Position numbers and translations under genes: made by a program | In this document: positions 14,840 to 27,800 of the stretch, in pieces | Layout of the letters: every line of letters begins with the position of its first letter | Numbering within the stretch: position 1 is the stretch's first letter | The notes under the pieces: model-generated | Seen by the model: only the letters and a program-made list of their open reading frames with translations | Database searches by the model: none | Told to the model about the DNA's origin: nothing | Assembly: GCA_051362555.1 (NCBI GenBank) | Contig: CM120643.1 | Span: 9,424,001-9,488,000 of the forward strand | DNA from: Lingula anatina | Lineage: Eukaryota > Animalia > Brachiopoda | Direction of reading: 5' to 3' | DNA: 64,000 nucleotides

Positions 14840-14990
14840 CAGTGTGATTGCGAATGCGACAGAGAAGATGACCTATGCTCGGGATGACATTTTCGTTTAT
14901 GAACCAATTGTGCAATCAGCGTGCCGCTTACATCGCAGTCAACCAATCACAACTTCCGACGCTGTGCAGTAGGGGATTTCAATATGGCGG
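14840..14990. promoter_or_regulatory. PPP4R1 core promoter (possibly bidirectional)
   Basis: CCAAT boxes (~14904, ~14943), ETS-like ACTTCCG (14952) and YY1-like AATATGGCGG over the start codon; locally CpG-enriched. Confidence 0.65.
14984..14990 (+). CDS. PPP4R1: PPP4R1 coding exon 1 (ATG GCG G)
   Basis: aatATGGCGG|gtgagt, downstream of CCAAT boxes; gives the MAD N-terminus. Confidence 0.85.
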
Positions 14991-17900
14991 GTGAGTACTC
15001 CTCAAATTTTATTGTAATTTTCTCAATGATTTCTTTGTTTGCATCCAGGTTAAGTCTAAGTTTAATTACATTTCAGACATAGAATTTTATCAAGATGATG
15101 CAGAGGATCCCCTTGGTGACGGTAAGTGTCTGAATAATTTGCCTTAGTCCCTACAGCAAGTGCCCCAAGAAAACGCAATTTACAAATTTCATTCAACCAA
15201 AGACAATATATTCACTGAGAGGTGCCCTTTGTGATTTTTCTCTTTCCCTTATTTTATGCCCCTTTGTACTGTATATATAACTAAGGAGGGACAATTATAC
15301 CATCGCCAAAAGAGTTAAGGTTTTCACCAACTTTCAAGTATCACTCACCATTACCCCAAAAGTATTTGGTTTTGCTCTTTGGAGCCTTGTGCTCTGGCTG
15401 TCTGAAATAACTAGTTACATTAAATTACATGCATTCCTTGCATTTTCATCTCAAGTTTATTGCAATTTTGCTGTTATGGTTTTTAACTCTTGAAAGGGAA
15501 GCTAAAATGGTATGATGTATAGAAGTGGTTGTAATAGTTAGGATATTAAGCCTTAAGACCACAAGCCCTCACTAAAATTAAATGCATGATTTTAATGCCT
15601 GCGTTAATACACACCATTGTTAAACTAAGATGTTTTCTTTGTTTTTATTTCTCCTCCCTTCTTTCAAATCACATGCATATAAACATTTTATTGCAGTTAC
15701 TGGTATACTGTATAATCTTTGGTGCATTATATATATATACCAATTATGTTAATAAATTTTAAAAAATTGGGACAGTCAGAAAATTTCAAAAATGATATTT
15801 TTCAAGTAAATTAAAACAATTTCCTCTAAAATTCCAAGGATTAGTATCCAAGAATATAAATTCAGATAATCCTTCTTAGTTTATGTTATGTACTGTTCGA
15901 AACGGGATCAGCCAACAAAGTCAAAACATACTCCAGTGCACATTTAAATTTCTTTACTTAGTATTTTGGGATAAAGCAAATTTTATTTGGCATTGAAGTA
16001 AAATTTTAATGAATTTATATTAAATTGATGAATTAAATTTTGTTTGTTATTGCCTGTTTAAGTGCCCCTTTTTATTTTTCTGTTTCTTCAAAATCAGTGT
16101 CTGCATATATATTGAAGTTTAGGTTCCTTTTAAAAGAACTCCAATTTAATCAAATCCTCTCAAAGGCAATTTTAAGTTTGTAATCAACCAAACATACCTG
16201 CGTACCATTTTTAATCACTTGATTTGATACTATTTCAGTTTTTTAATAATATTTAAATAAATGTTTTTAAACCATGTGCACAGGTGATGACATCTTATTT
16301 GGTGGAGATTATGAACAGGGTCAAGAAGATCTGTTAACTCCCTTACAGCGTCTAGAACAGTATGTCAACAATGACAATATATACACAAGGTAAGCCATTG
16401 AGTATTGACAGTATCAATGCAATGTTGTACACAAGGTAAGCCATGTAGTATTGATAGTATCAATGCAGTGTTGTACACAAGGTAAGCCATGTAGTATTGA
16501 CAGTATCAATGCAATGTTGTACACAAGGTAAGCCATGTAGTATTGACAGTATCAATGCAATGTTGTACATAAGGTAAGCCATGTAGTATTGATAGTATCA
16601 ATGCAATGTTGTACATAAGGTAGTTTCATGCACATAAAATCAAAGTTAATTGATCTGGTTTCAAAAAAAAAAAAAAATTAAACCTGAAAAGTGTTCATTG
16701 GTATTTAGTGCATTTCCTCTCAATGACCTTACTGTGCAAGCAATACTGTAATACTGGGGCAAATGTGACATATAGCTTAGTAGCATCACTGTTCCTCAGT
16801 GGCTCACATGGCTGTGATGAAAAGTTGTGTTCATTTTTATGTACAGACACAGATGTGTCTGTACATATTGCCATCACCTGCGTCTGTCGTCGCCGTCGAT
16901 GTCGCCGTCGCCGTTGCCGTGCACTTTCATCGTTAACACGATAAGTGGAAGACAGTTTTACTTTTTGGCTGTATATTTACAGAGCTGTTGAATATTCATA
17001 AAACGCAGGTCAAGTTCGAAAATCAGCATGTTTAGGCCATTATTGTAGAAGTTATGCTGTTTTTTCACTTTTCAGCATATATGCAACACTGTTAACACAT
17101 TTTAAGGAAAACTGATAGGCCTGTTGTCATGAAACTCACAGGAGTAATCAATCTCACTAAAATGCAGGTCAAGTTCGAAAATCAGCATTATCGGGCCATT
17201 ATTTTAGAAGTTATGCTGTTTTTTTCACATTTCCTCAAGTTCAATTCTTAGGCATGTTAATAGTCTCATTATTTAACTAATAAAATACGTAAAGGTGTTT
17301 GTTTCACATTTCCTGCATCTTCACAACATTGTTAGTTGATTATGTAAAAATGATGGTAAACTTTTTATCGTGTTTTGTGTAATAAAGTGTCAAAAATGGA
17401 AATAAACTCATATTATTGCAGTTTGTCTGATTCAATCATCCACTATGTTCAGAATCTCAGAATAGAGGAAATTGGACATTTAACACTGTTGTATTGATAT
17501 TTTCCCCATCTCATCAATTTTCTTAGTTGATCATATAAAAATGGCAGGAAACTGTTAATTTTGTTTTATGTTAAAAAAGTGTTAAAGATGGAAAAAAACC
17601 ATTTCAGAACAGTGCTGTCTTGTTTACTTTTTTGCATTTTCAAGATGTGACTTTGAAGTTCCATGGTCCTGAAGACCTTTGCTAGTCACATTTTCTGAAT
17701 ATCCATGATACTAATATTTTATTATTAAAAATTGATGGTCATTATGCTGTTAAACATTATGTAATGTTGCATCAAAATTTGAAGAAACCCCAATTTTGGG
17801 TACTGCTCCCATGATGACCATTTAAGGAAAACCATGTCACTTACTGTTCTCAAACTTACAGGAAAGAAACATGGGACTAAAATCAACTTCAGTAGGCAAT

Positions 17901-20900
17901 GCAGACTGTTTGGTAAATTATTCTGCCAGTTAAACATTTTTTTGTAAAAAATTTAATTTTTCACATATTGGCATTTTCAAGGTGTGACTTAGAACCACCA
18001 CAGGCTTAAAGACCCATGCTAGTCACATTTTCTGAAAATCCATGATACGTATATTTTATTATTAAAAATTGATGGTCATTATGCTGTTAAGCATTATATA
18101 ATATTGCATCAAAATAGAAGAAAACACAATTTTGGGTGCTGCTGCCATGATGACCATTATGGGTAAACCATGTTACTTATGATTGTCAAACTTTCAAAAA
18201 AGAAACACAGGACTAAATTGCAGCCGAGTTGGAAAAGCAGTCTGATTTGCTTCTTTTTCTTGTAGTTACACATTTTAGTGAAATATTCATTTTTATCATG
18301 TTGGCATATTCATTGTGGGACTCAGAGCTCCCATGGACATAAAGCCGAATGGTAACCAAATTTTCTACATGTCCATGCTATTTATAGTCAATAATTGGTG
18401 ATAATTATTCTGTAATTGATTATGTAATGTTACATCAAAATTGACAAAAATGTACTGCTACTACAAACATGAAAAGAAAACTGTGTTACTTATTATTATT
18501 ATTTTTAACTTACAAGTATTATTTGTAGGATTGGCATGCAGTTCAAATTCGAAAGCCAGCTCAATAAAGGGAACCGGAGAAGATCAGCATTGGTCACAAT
18601 TGTGCCGGAAGTGACGTGCAGTGGTGTTAGAAACGAAGCTGAGTGGTCATTTTAACATAGAGGTGAACGGCAGTGAAGACGGGTTGCCGGAGGAAAAAGA
18701 AGTTTTCTAAACAACATGGTAAGATAACACTTTTTCTTTACGCATTTTGGGCAGAGAAAACTTGTAGAAATAATAAATGCATGATATGAAAACGTGGCAC
18801 GGAACCTGAAGGTGCAAAATCGTGCTTAATTGGCGGTCAACTTGTTTTAAAATGAATGCTGCATCGACCGCCATTGCGACAAAGAGTGTAAATGGAAAAT
18901 AATTCCCGGGAGGCTGTAAGTCGTTGCCATGTGGAAATTTGGCATTAATATAATCCGATATGTCCATATCTAAGTATTTTTGGGGTGTATGAGCTGCAAT
19001 TAGAACGAAGTTTTAGAGGTCTTGAAGGACCTTGTGAAAACAAGGAAGTAGTTCGTAACTAACAAGTGAAATGTACCGATCTCCGACTGCTGTGTACAGC
19101 TGTATCTTTTTTTTAATATATTGACGAATTTTTGTCACAGGACAAATAAAACATTTCACTGACAAGATCTTCCCAAAAAGACAAAAAGAGAATTCAGGTG
19201 AGCTGACAGGTAATTAAGACTAGCTCAAAGTACTAATAATTGACATTATTATGCAATACTCAGTTGGTAAAACGATTCTCACAGGTAGATAACATGTAAC
19301 ATGACCAATTTCTATAGGCTAATGATTGCCAGCCTGAGGAAATTGATTGCCAGTCTCTTTTGTCAGTGATTTTTAACTCAGATAAGAGGCTGTCAGAATG
19401 TCACCTTTGTCTTGGCATTTGTCACTGATTAGCGCCTTGTCACTGATATACCAGTGTAAAAGGTATATCAGTGTGGTCATGTGTGTGGAATTTCATGCCA
19501 GATGGACATATAAAGATCTAAAAATTCGTCAATATATTGAAAAAAAGATACAGCTGTGCACAGCAGTCGGAGACCGGTACATTCCACTTGTTAGTTACGA
19601 ACTACTTCCTGGTTTTCACAAGGTCCTTCAAGACCTCTAAAACATCGTTGTAATTGCAGCCCATACCATAAAACACCCAAAAATACTTAGATATGGACAT
19701 ATCGGATTATATTAATGTCAAATTTCCACATGACAACGATTTATAACCTCCCGGGATTTATTTCCCCTTTACGCTTTTTGTCGCGCTGGCGGTCGACGCA
19801 GCATTTATTTCTAAACAAGTTGACCGCAAATTAAGCACGATTTTGCACCTTCAAGTTCCGTGTCACGTTTTCATATCATGCATTTATTATTTCTACAAGA
19901 TTTCTCTGCCCAAAATGCGAAAAAAAAGAGAGTTATCTTACCATGTTGTTTAGAAAACTTCTTTTTCCTCCGACAACCCGTCTTCACTGCCGTTCACCTC
20001 TATGTTAAAATGACCACTCAGCTTCGTTTCTAACACCACTGCACGTCACTTCCGGCACAATTCTGACCAATGCTGATCTTCTCCGGTTCCCTTTATTGGG
20101 TTATCATTTATTATTGAATTTATGCAATTTTGTGTAAAATTTTCATTTTTCTTATTCTGGCACTTTCAAAGTGTGAACTCTCATGGGCCTGAAGCCTTAT
20201 GCTTGTTTCACATTTTACTTACATTGGTATTACCTGTTGAGCATAACTAAAATTTGATGTTGAATTTGCAGGTAAGCATACTGTACTTTTGTATCAGAAT
20301 TGACAGTAGCCTATTTTTGTGCATTGTTTTCTGCTTTTTGTCTGTACATTTGACAGCTTTGCTGCCTTGTTGATTCTTGGGCATGAATTCAACTTATCAC
20401 TTGCAAGTGACTGCTGACAGTAATTAAAATGTTACTTTGAGGTATATGAATGAGTTGGTATCACTGATAACTTGACCATCAGTTTGATCATATGTGGCAA
20501 ATGATTCTGATGTTGGTTGAGAGATAGCATTTTGATAACCTTGAAGTTCATAACTGGAGATAAAGAATAATCCAGACGTGAACTATGATTACTTTAAATG
20601 ATAAACCTATCGTTTTTTAAGTGGCACGGTTTATAAATCAGCAAACAAGATGTAGGATAAAGTTGGAATTTCATATATGTAGAAATAATAGTGATTGTGA
20701 AGTTTTTTTTAGTATCATTGTCCCCATAACTGCAAAATGATATTTCCATTTAACTTGATATGTAAAAGTTCAAGTTTGCAAAATGAGCACAATTGTATTA
20801 TTTTGTTAAGAGTAATTGTGCTTCTTTGTGTTTTGCCTGATGGTTCATGTTGTGATTAAAATGCAGAACAAGCCCCTAACCAGCATCATCAGATTTTTAA

Positions 20901-23866
20901 TAAAACTCCTGGCACATTTGATTTTTTTATATTGCAAGAACTCTACGTCATTCATAACATGATTGACATATATTAAAAAAAATATAGGATACTGTCAATC
21001 CTGATGCAATAATACTTTATGCTTAACTGCAAAGTCAACATCAAATTGTAATTAGCCAAAATAGGTAAGTATTATGTGTAAAAAGGAAATTTAGTTTAAA
21101 AAGGTAAAATGGTGTTTTTGGAGAATGGCAAGTCAAGGCAAAAAGTATATAAGTTGGTTAATGAGCAGTGACTCTATAAACAGTGTTGGTAGTTGAAATT
21201 TATTTTTGTTTTTGCATTTAAAACATGATGCTTAACAAGCATAACAGCTAAATGGGGTGGGGTGAAACCCACAGTCTGGCATTTTAGAGCATGACAATTT
21301 AACTACACCGTTTTTTTGGGGGTCAACTGTGAATTTTTCCTAATGACCAAACTAGCATTTTTATCTATATGCAGAAAAAAAAGCTGCATATAAAGAAACT
21401 CTGACTTCTTCAAAATTAAAGTTGACTGCACTCCAATCTTGTTAAACATCTCAGTTTTGTCTGGTCTAACATCAGATTGTATATGAGTGTCGACTGACAC
21501 TCCCCCCCCCCCCCCCCCCCCCTTTCAACATATGATCTGTGCTGCTCATCTTTCTCATTTCTTCAAAATTAAAGTCGGTTCCACTAGTTTTAAAAACATC
21601 TTCTCTATTTAGTCTGACCTAACATCAGATTGTACACCAACTCTGGCAGACCTTCCCCTGTGCCACATATGATCTGTGTTGTATGATCCGTGTCGTGCAT
21701 CATGTCTCCAGTGCAGTGAACACTGAACGTCGGCAAAGAAAACTCAACTGGTGTTTTGACTCCAACACTTGTCATCTCCTGTGTTTTCATTATGACTTCA
21801 AACTGTTGTTCAAAATTACATTCAGAATAAAACAACACGACCTCGACATATGAAAGGTTATGGCCACAAATTTTGACTATTTCATACCAGACAGAGATAA
21901 GTTTCGTCCAGCACTTCAGATGTGAAGGAATTGAATGGAATGACTTGGTGCAGAGAGAAAGAAGGTTTGTATGAGGGGAATAGTAGTGTGCTAATATGTT
22001 TGGTTATGAAAATATCTTGTCGTAAATATTTGATTTTTGTCGAAAGTCTGATTTGAAAAACAGAAAAGAAAGAAAGAAATGAAAATGAAATCATGCCAGG
22101 TGCAATGAGGAAGTGTAAATAATTTTTAAAACCAGGGGGATGTGCCAAACTGAATTTCAACTTGTAAAAGTTTTAGTCAGCAGTATAGTGTGAATGCAGT
22201 CAGCTGTTGAATATACATGTACTCTGTAAAAAGGAAAACTGGAATTGAATTCTGAGATAAAGTAAGTTCTGTTGCGGGAAATTGAATATTAGGACTGTGT
22301 GATGCTTCTGAAGTGCCAAAATAAGAGAGGGGAAAGTTGAAAGAAAGGCATTCATGCTCTAACTTAATTAATTATGCCCTATTATATACAGTTACTCAGT
22401 ATTTTACTTTTAGTTGTTGGTTAAGATGTGCATTCTAGTAATGTATACAGAAAATAAGAAGTGTAAATTCTTCTTATCTGACAACATCTTGATTTTTACT
22501 TATGTTATTGTTATGAAACCTGTAAAAATTGTTTCTAATACTGAGAAAGGTGAGGGATATCAAGCAGATATTGAAGTCACTGGTGCCAGTGTCGATCTCC
22601 GTCCACAGCAGAGAATGATGAATCCCAGTGGCGTTGACGTCTAAGCTCTCTGCTGTAATATTTGCTGTTAGAGGGCTTCTACGCAGGCATAAGTTGGGTC
22701 AAAATCATTAACCACTGAAGTGATTAAAATGTGCTTAAAACCACTGCAAATGACTGAGAATTATTAGTTTATGCATTCTGAAACCATAGAAAGAGATGTT
22801 CTACTTTATTATCTTGAGCAATCTACAATTTATTAGATCCTTTTTCGTAAATGATATATTGATATTGCTCCACATTCCAATGCTGACAGTCTCTAAACAT
22901 TTTGCGTATATTTAATGCCGTTTTGTTAAATTGTTAAATGTAAGTATTAAAAATGTTTGCATGAATGTTACATAGTAAGCTTTAGATATGGAGCACTCTC
23001 AAACTCTCACATGCTGCTGTCAACCATTCCCCCTATGGTTGAATGCAGCAGTGGAAAGGACTTTGATATTTTATTTATACATTGGCATGTCCGAGGTGAA
23101 TGATATGACAGTATAAAGTGGCGCTGGTGACACCAGCACTTTGTCTGGGCTGTTGGCTTTTCTTACCCAGCAGCTTTTGGAGAATTAAGTTGCTTTGGGA
23201 GTCTTTTTGTCATAAATGGTGGCTTACAGTAAAAAAACTTGAAAATCTGGTTACTTGAAAATTAATTAATTTTTTAAAGTGCATGAATTTAACATGACTA
23301 TATCAGGTGACAAGTTTCCAAAATTATCAAGAGGCACATTTTAAAGTTTGATGTAGTTTTCAAAGTGAAAAAAAAAAAATAAAACGTTTGCAGAGAATTA
23401 TCTTCTGACAAAATTTTTGAGACCAACCAAATTTTCAAGTTTTTACCATAGGTGCTGCACAAGTTTCACAAACAAGCTGAAGTTGAGAGTTGATTATAAA
23501 TTTTTGGTGGAAATTTTTAGTCTCCTTTGATCTTGGATATAATTGTAGTACCCTACTTGAATGAGAATATTAGGTGATTTTTTTTTTACAAAAAGTAAGA
23601 AACAGTTAATGTTTTTGTCACAGTTATAGCCTTATTTTAATGGACCATTTCATATTTATTCTGAAGGAATTGGACCAAACTATTATTTATCAAGGTTGGG
23701 ACTTTTTTTTAGCAAAAATTTTTTATGTGTGTGAAAGTGCTTCTTACCCCTGGAGTTTTGTTGTGAAAGTGAGTTTTAGTTTCGGAAAATATCTTATTTT
23801 TTTTTGGCTAGGTTTTCAGTAATATGCAAGGTAGCCTCAGGGGTGTATTTTGATGTTTAACTATAC

Positions 23867-23897
<31 letters not shown>

Positions 23898-24479
23898 ACA
23901 CACTGGAACATTCTGTGTGACATTGTGTCTATAAATTGTTGTGTAGCAGGAAACGCTTGAAACCAAGGTTAAGCATGTCAATATTTATGGAAACAGTGAT
24001 ATTTTTGTGAGTTTTCAAGCAACTGGTGGAATGTTTAGATAGCTTAGTTGTCAGAACATAGCGTTCAGTTTCCCCTCACAAAGGTCAGTGCTATAAGAAT
24101 ATTTGCATTATTTTTAAAAAACTTGTTTGATTTATTTAAGCAACAAGCATGTTTATACAGCAATTGATATTTTGATAGGATGCGATACTCTCTTGTTTTA
24201 GAAATGTCTTTTATAATTGTTTTGATTCATCACGTTGGATTCCATGTTGATGACACTAAGACAAACTGCGACATTAACACTGGCCCCATGCCCAATTCTT
24301 GTCAATTTTTTGAGAATCTGTCTAGTGAGTGGTCCTAATATTTGCGTTGGGTGTTGAAAGACTTGTAGACTTAAGTTTTTTGACCAGAGCATTTTAGAGT
24401 TTATACAAAGAAAAAAAAAAGAAAGGGGGTAGATTTTCTTCTTCCTCCTCTTCTTTTTCTTTTACTTTTCTTCTTCTTC

Positions 24480-24524
<45 letters not shown>

Positions 24525-24760
24525 GAGGTTTGTTGAAAATTTTTAAAGGTCAAAAGAAAAAAGTAATTCAACATGCAACTTCTATTTATAACAGTGAATA
24601 CTTGTTTAACCCCAAAAGTATTTTTAGCTTTAACGCAAACTCAATTTTAAATGAAAACAGGAGTAATTTGAGTTCAATTTGCTCTGGAAATATGATAATT
24701 GTTCACCAGCTCTGCATAATAATAATAATAGCACATAAGTGGTAGATGAGATGAAACTCA

Positions 24761-24821
<61 letters not shown>

Positions 24822-27800
24822 CAAAGAATATAAATAAATGGAGGAACAAAATACATTGTGGGATAGTTTTAAGATCAGTTCATGGAAAAATTGTATCACG
24901 ACAGGTGGCCTGATGGCAGAAAGAAAAGCTCATCTGATAAACTGATAGAAAATACCATATTTATTTCTTCACATTGCATAAGAAATGCGTCATTTTGCTT
25001 TGTAAATTACCTATGGCAGTAGATGTTTTGAGCTTAAACAAAAATGGAAATTGGAACCTTTAAATTACATTAAGGAAGAGTTGAGGCATAGTGTTTAAGA
25101 CAAAATTTTATATTTTGGATGCCGCCTTGGGAAAAGCTAACAGAGGCAGACTAAACGTAACTTGCTCTGGCACCAACATCAATGATACTGGGTTGCAAAA
25201 CAAGTGCGATCCTTTCAATAATAAGAGAGAGACAACTCTGGCAAAACGTTGCTGCTGCTGCTTCCTTTCCAAGGGCGAAGGATGATGATGATGATGATGA
25301 TAATTTTTTGTCATATTTCTACATAAAAGTATACAATGAAAATTGATATGATCTGTCAGTAAAATAAAATACAATAGAATAACTTAAATCCATTTTGCTT
25401 ATTAAAAATACGCACTGCTGATGGTTAAAAGCTATTTTAGTTTGACTTCACTTTCTTGAGCACTTGATAATGATGATGTTCAAGACAACTGTTTCTCTGT
25501 ATTTCCAGACAGATGGTGGCGCGGGGGTTGCTGGACACCCTGCGTCAGGTGGCGGAGACGGGGGACGACATCACCAAACTGCTGCAGATTATGATACAGT
25601 TATCTGAGGATCCTGGTAAGAGCTGCTGTAAACACATTTATATGTAAATTTGGGTGAGAGAGAGCCGTACAGGACTTTCAAGTAAATATGTTTCTGAAAA
25701 TTAGACATGGGGGAAGGGGAACAAGAAATGTGGCAGAAGCACTGAGCCTTCAGAAAGCTTCTGTGTATTTATCACATGTTTGTCAAGGCTTTTGGGGGTA
25801 CAGGCCATTCAAAATTACAACCTGTAATTGCCTACAAAATTTCAGGCAGTCCAAGTATGCCTAAAGCTGTAAGATTTCCAAAAAAAATCCATAAGCTGTC
25901 TAGCTGTTTTTGAAAACAAAGGACGTCCTGTGATGCTGGCGGCTGTCCAAATGACTGCTGGACATTTTGCTGGGAAAACCAGGGAAAACCCTTGATGTCA
26001 GTATAACTTAAATTTTTTTGTTATTCCCCAGAGCCCACAGTGAGGTCGGAGCTGATGGAGCAGGTGCCCCACATTGCCATGTTCTGCCAGGAGAATCGCC
26101 ACATAACGCCACTGAAGGACACGGTACCCATGTACCTGATGCCCATGGTGGTGCGGTACCTCATGGATACAAATGGACAGGTAGGTGACACGTGGTGCCA
26201 CCTGGATACAAATGGACAGGTAGGTGACACGTGGTGCCTCCTGGCCCCAGTTTTACATGAAATGTGAAGTCAGTTCCTTGGCTTAGTTGACTAGGATTTC
26301 CATGAGAGTGCTGTTACACTGCTCCTGATAGGATAATATATGCCCATGTGACCAAGTAACCTTGGTAATGAAGTTTTTAGCTAGGGAAATTGACTTAAAT
26401 CTTTTTGTGAAATTGGGAACTGGACATGGACAGACAGGTAAGCGTCACCTTCTATTTCTTCCTGACTATTTTACTGCCTTCTTGAGGATTTGTTTGTATT
26501 TTGTTGAAAGGAAGAAATTCAGGTGGAACGTGTTTTCTCCTCAGCTGTAAGTGTAATTATAGCATTTATATGAACTAGAATAACAGTACATAGATGTTTT
26601 TTTGCCTGTTAGCTATGTATGACAAGATGTTATTTCAGTGTTATTTTAATATTCCATAAGGACAATGCCAAATCGGGTCACTGATGTGTATTTTTAGAGG
26701 CTTAGAGAAGAGATCTCATCAACCCGAGAAAATGTTTTTAGAACCTTTTTGTTATGCAGAAAGTTACAGTGTTGTTTAGGGGGAAAAAAAGTTTATTTTT
26801 GGCATTGGTTCTGTTTTTGGTACTTGTCAAACTATTTATACTGCATAAAAAAGGAAACATTAACAGATAAATGGATGTGGCAGAAGTCGTGTTCAAACAG
26901 AACAGCAACACATCATTTTAATTTGAATTTTATCTTTTGGTATATGACAGAAAACCTCAACGCAAAGGGCTGTTTTATTTTTCATATCTGAAAGTAAAAC
27001 AAGTTTTGTGATTGATAACCATTATGACTTAGATATGCATATAATTGTACATGTTTACCTATATGATAAAGTTTCACATGTGGGCAGAAAAACTGTGGCA
27101 TGAATTGTATTAGATATATACTAGTAGAGAACTCATGTTATGTGTCTGTATATTTGAACAGGTAAGGAAGACGAGCCAAGCAGCATTACTGGTACTACTG
27201 GAGCAAGAGCTGGTGGAAAGAGGTTTGTACAACTAACAGATATTTTTGAAAAAGGATAATCTGGTATAAAGTAGGATTCAGTACCATGTAGTCACATTTT
27301 CCTTCCATTTAAACAAATTTCTATTTAAAGAAAGGGTCTGATTGTTTCAAAGTTTGTTACATTCACACAGTCAGTATTTGATTTATGAATGTTTTTGACA
27401 ATTCAACTCTTTCAAAAGCTGTAGTATGTGCTACTTTGGATCAGTGTTTTTTCAGAATTTGGGGTACAGCGAGTTCAAAATGTGAATCGGTAACTTTGTC
27501 ATCAATTTACAGGGAGTCCAACCCAAGCAAGCCCAACCAACCCATCATTTCCCCAAAAATTTGTCAGCCATTCAGCCATCAACAGAAATATAGGCTGTCC
27601 TTTGAGGCTAATGGCTGGCCAAATGTTGGCTGAATGGCTCTCTGGGGAAAGATATATATATATATATATTGATTCAAATTTCCCTTTGCAGAGGATGTAG
27701 AAGAGCAAGTCTGCCCAGTTATCCTAGAGTTGACTGGACCACACAGTATTGATGAGCATAGGACTGAGGCAGTGGCTGTAAGTATTAGCAGGCCATGAGA

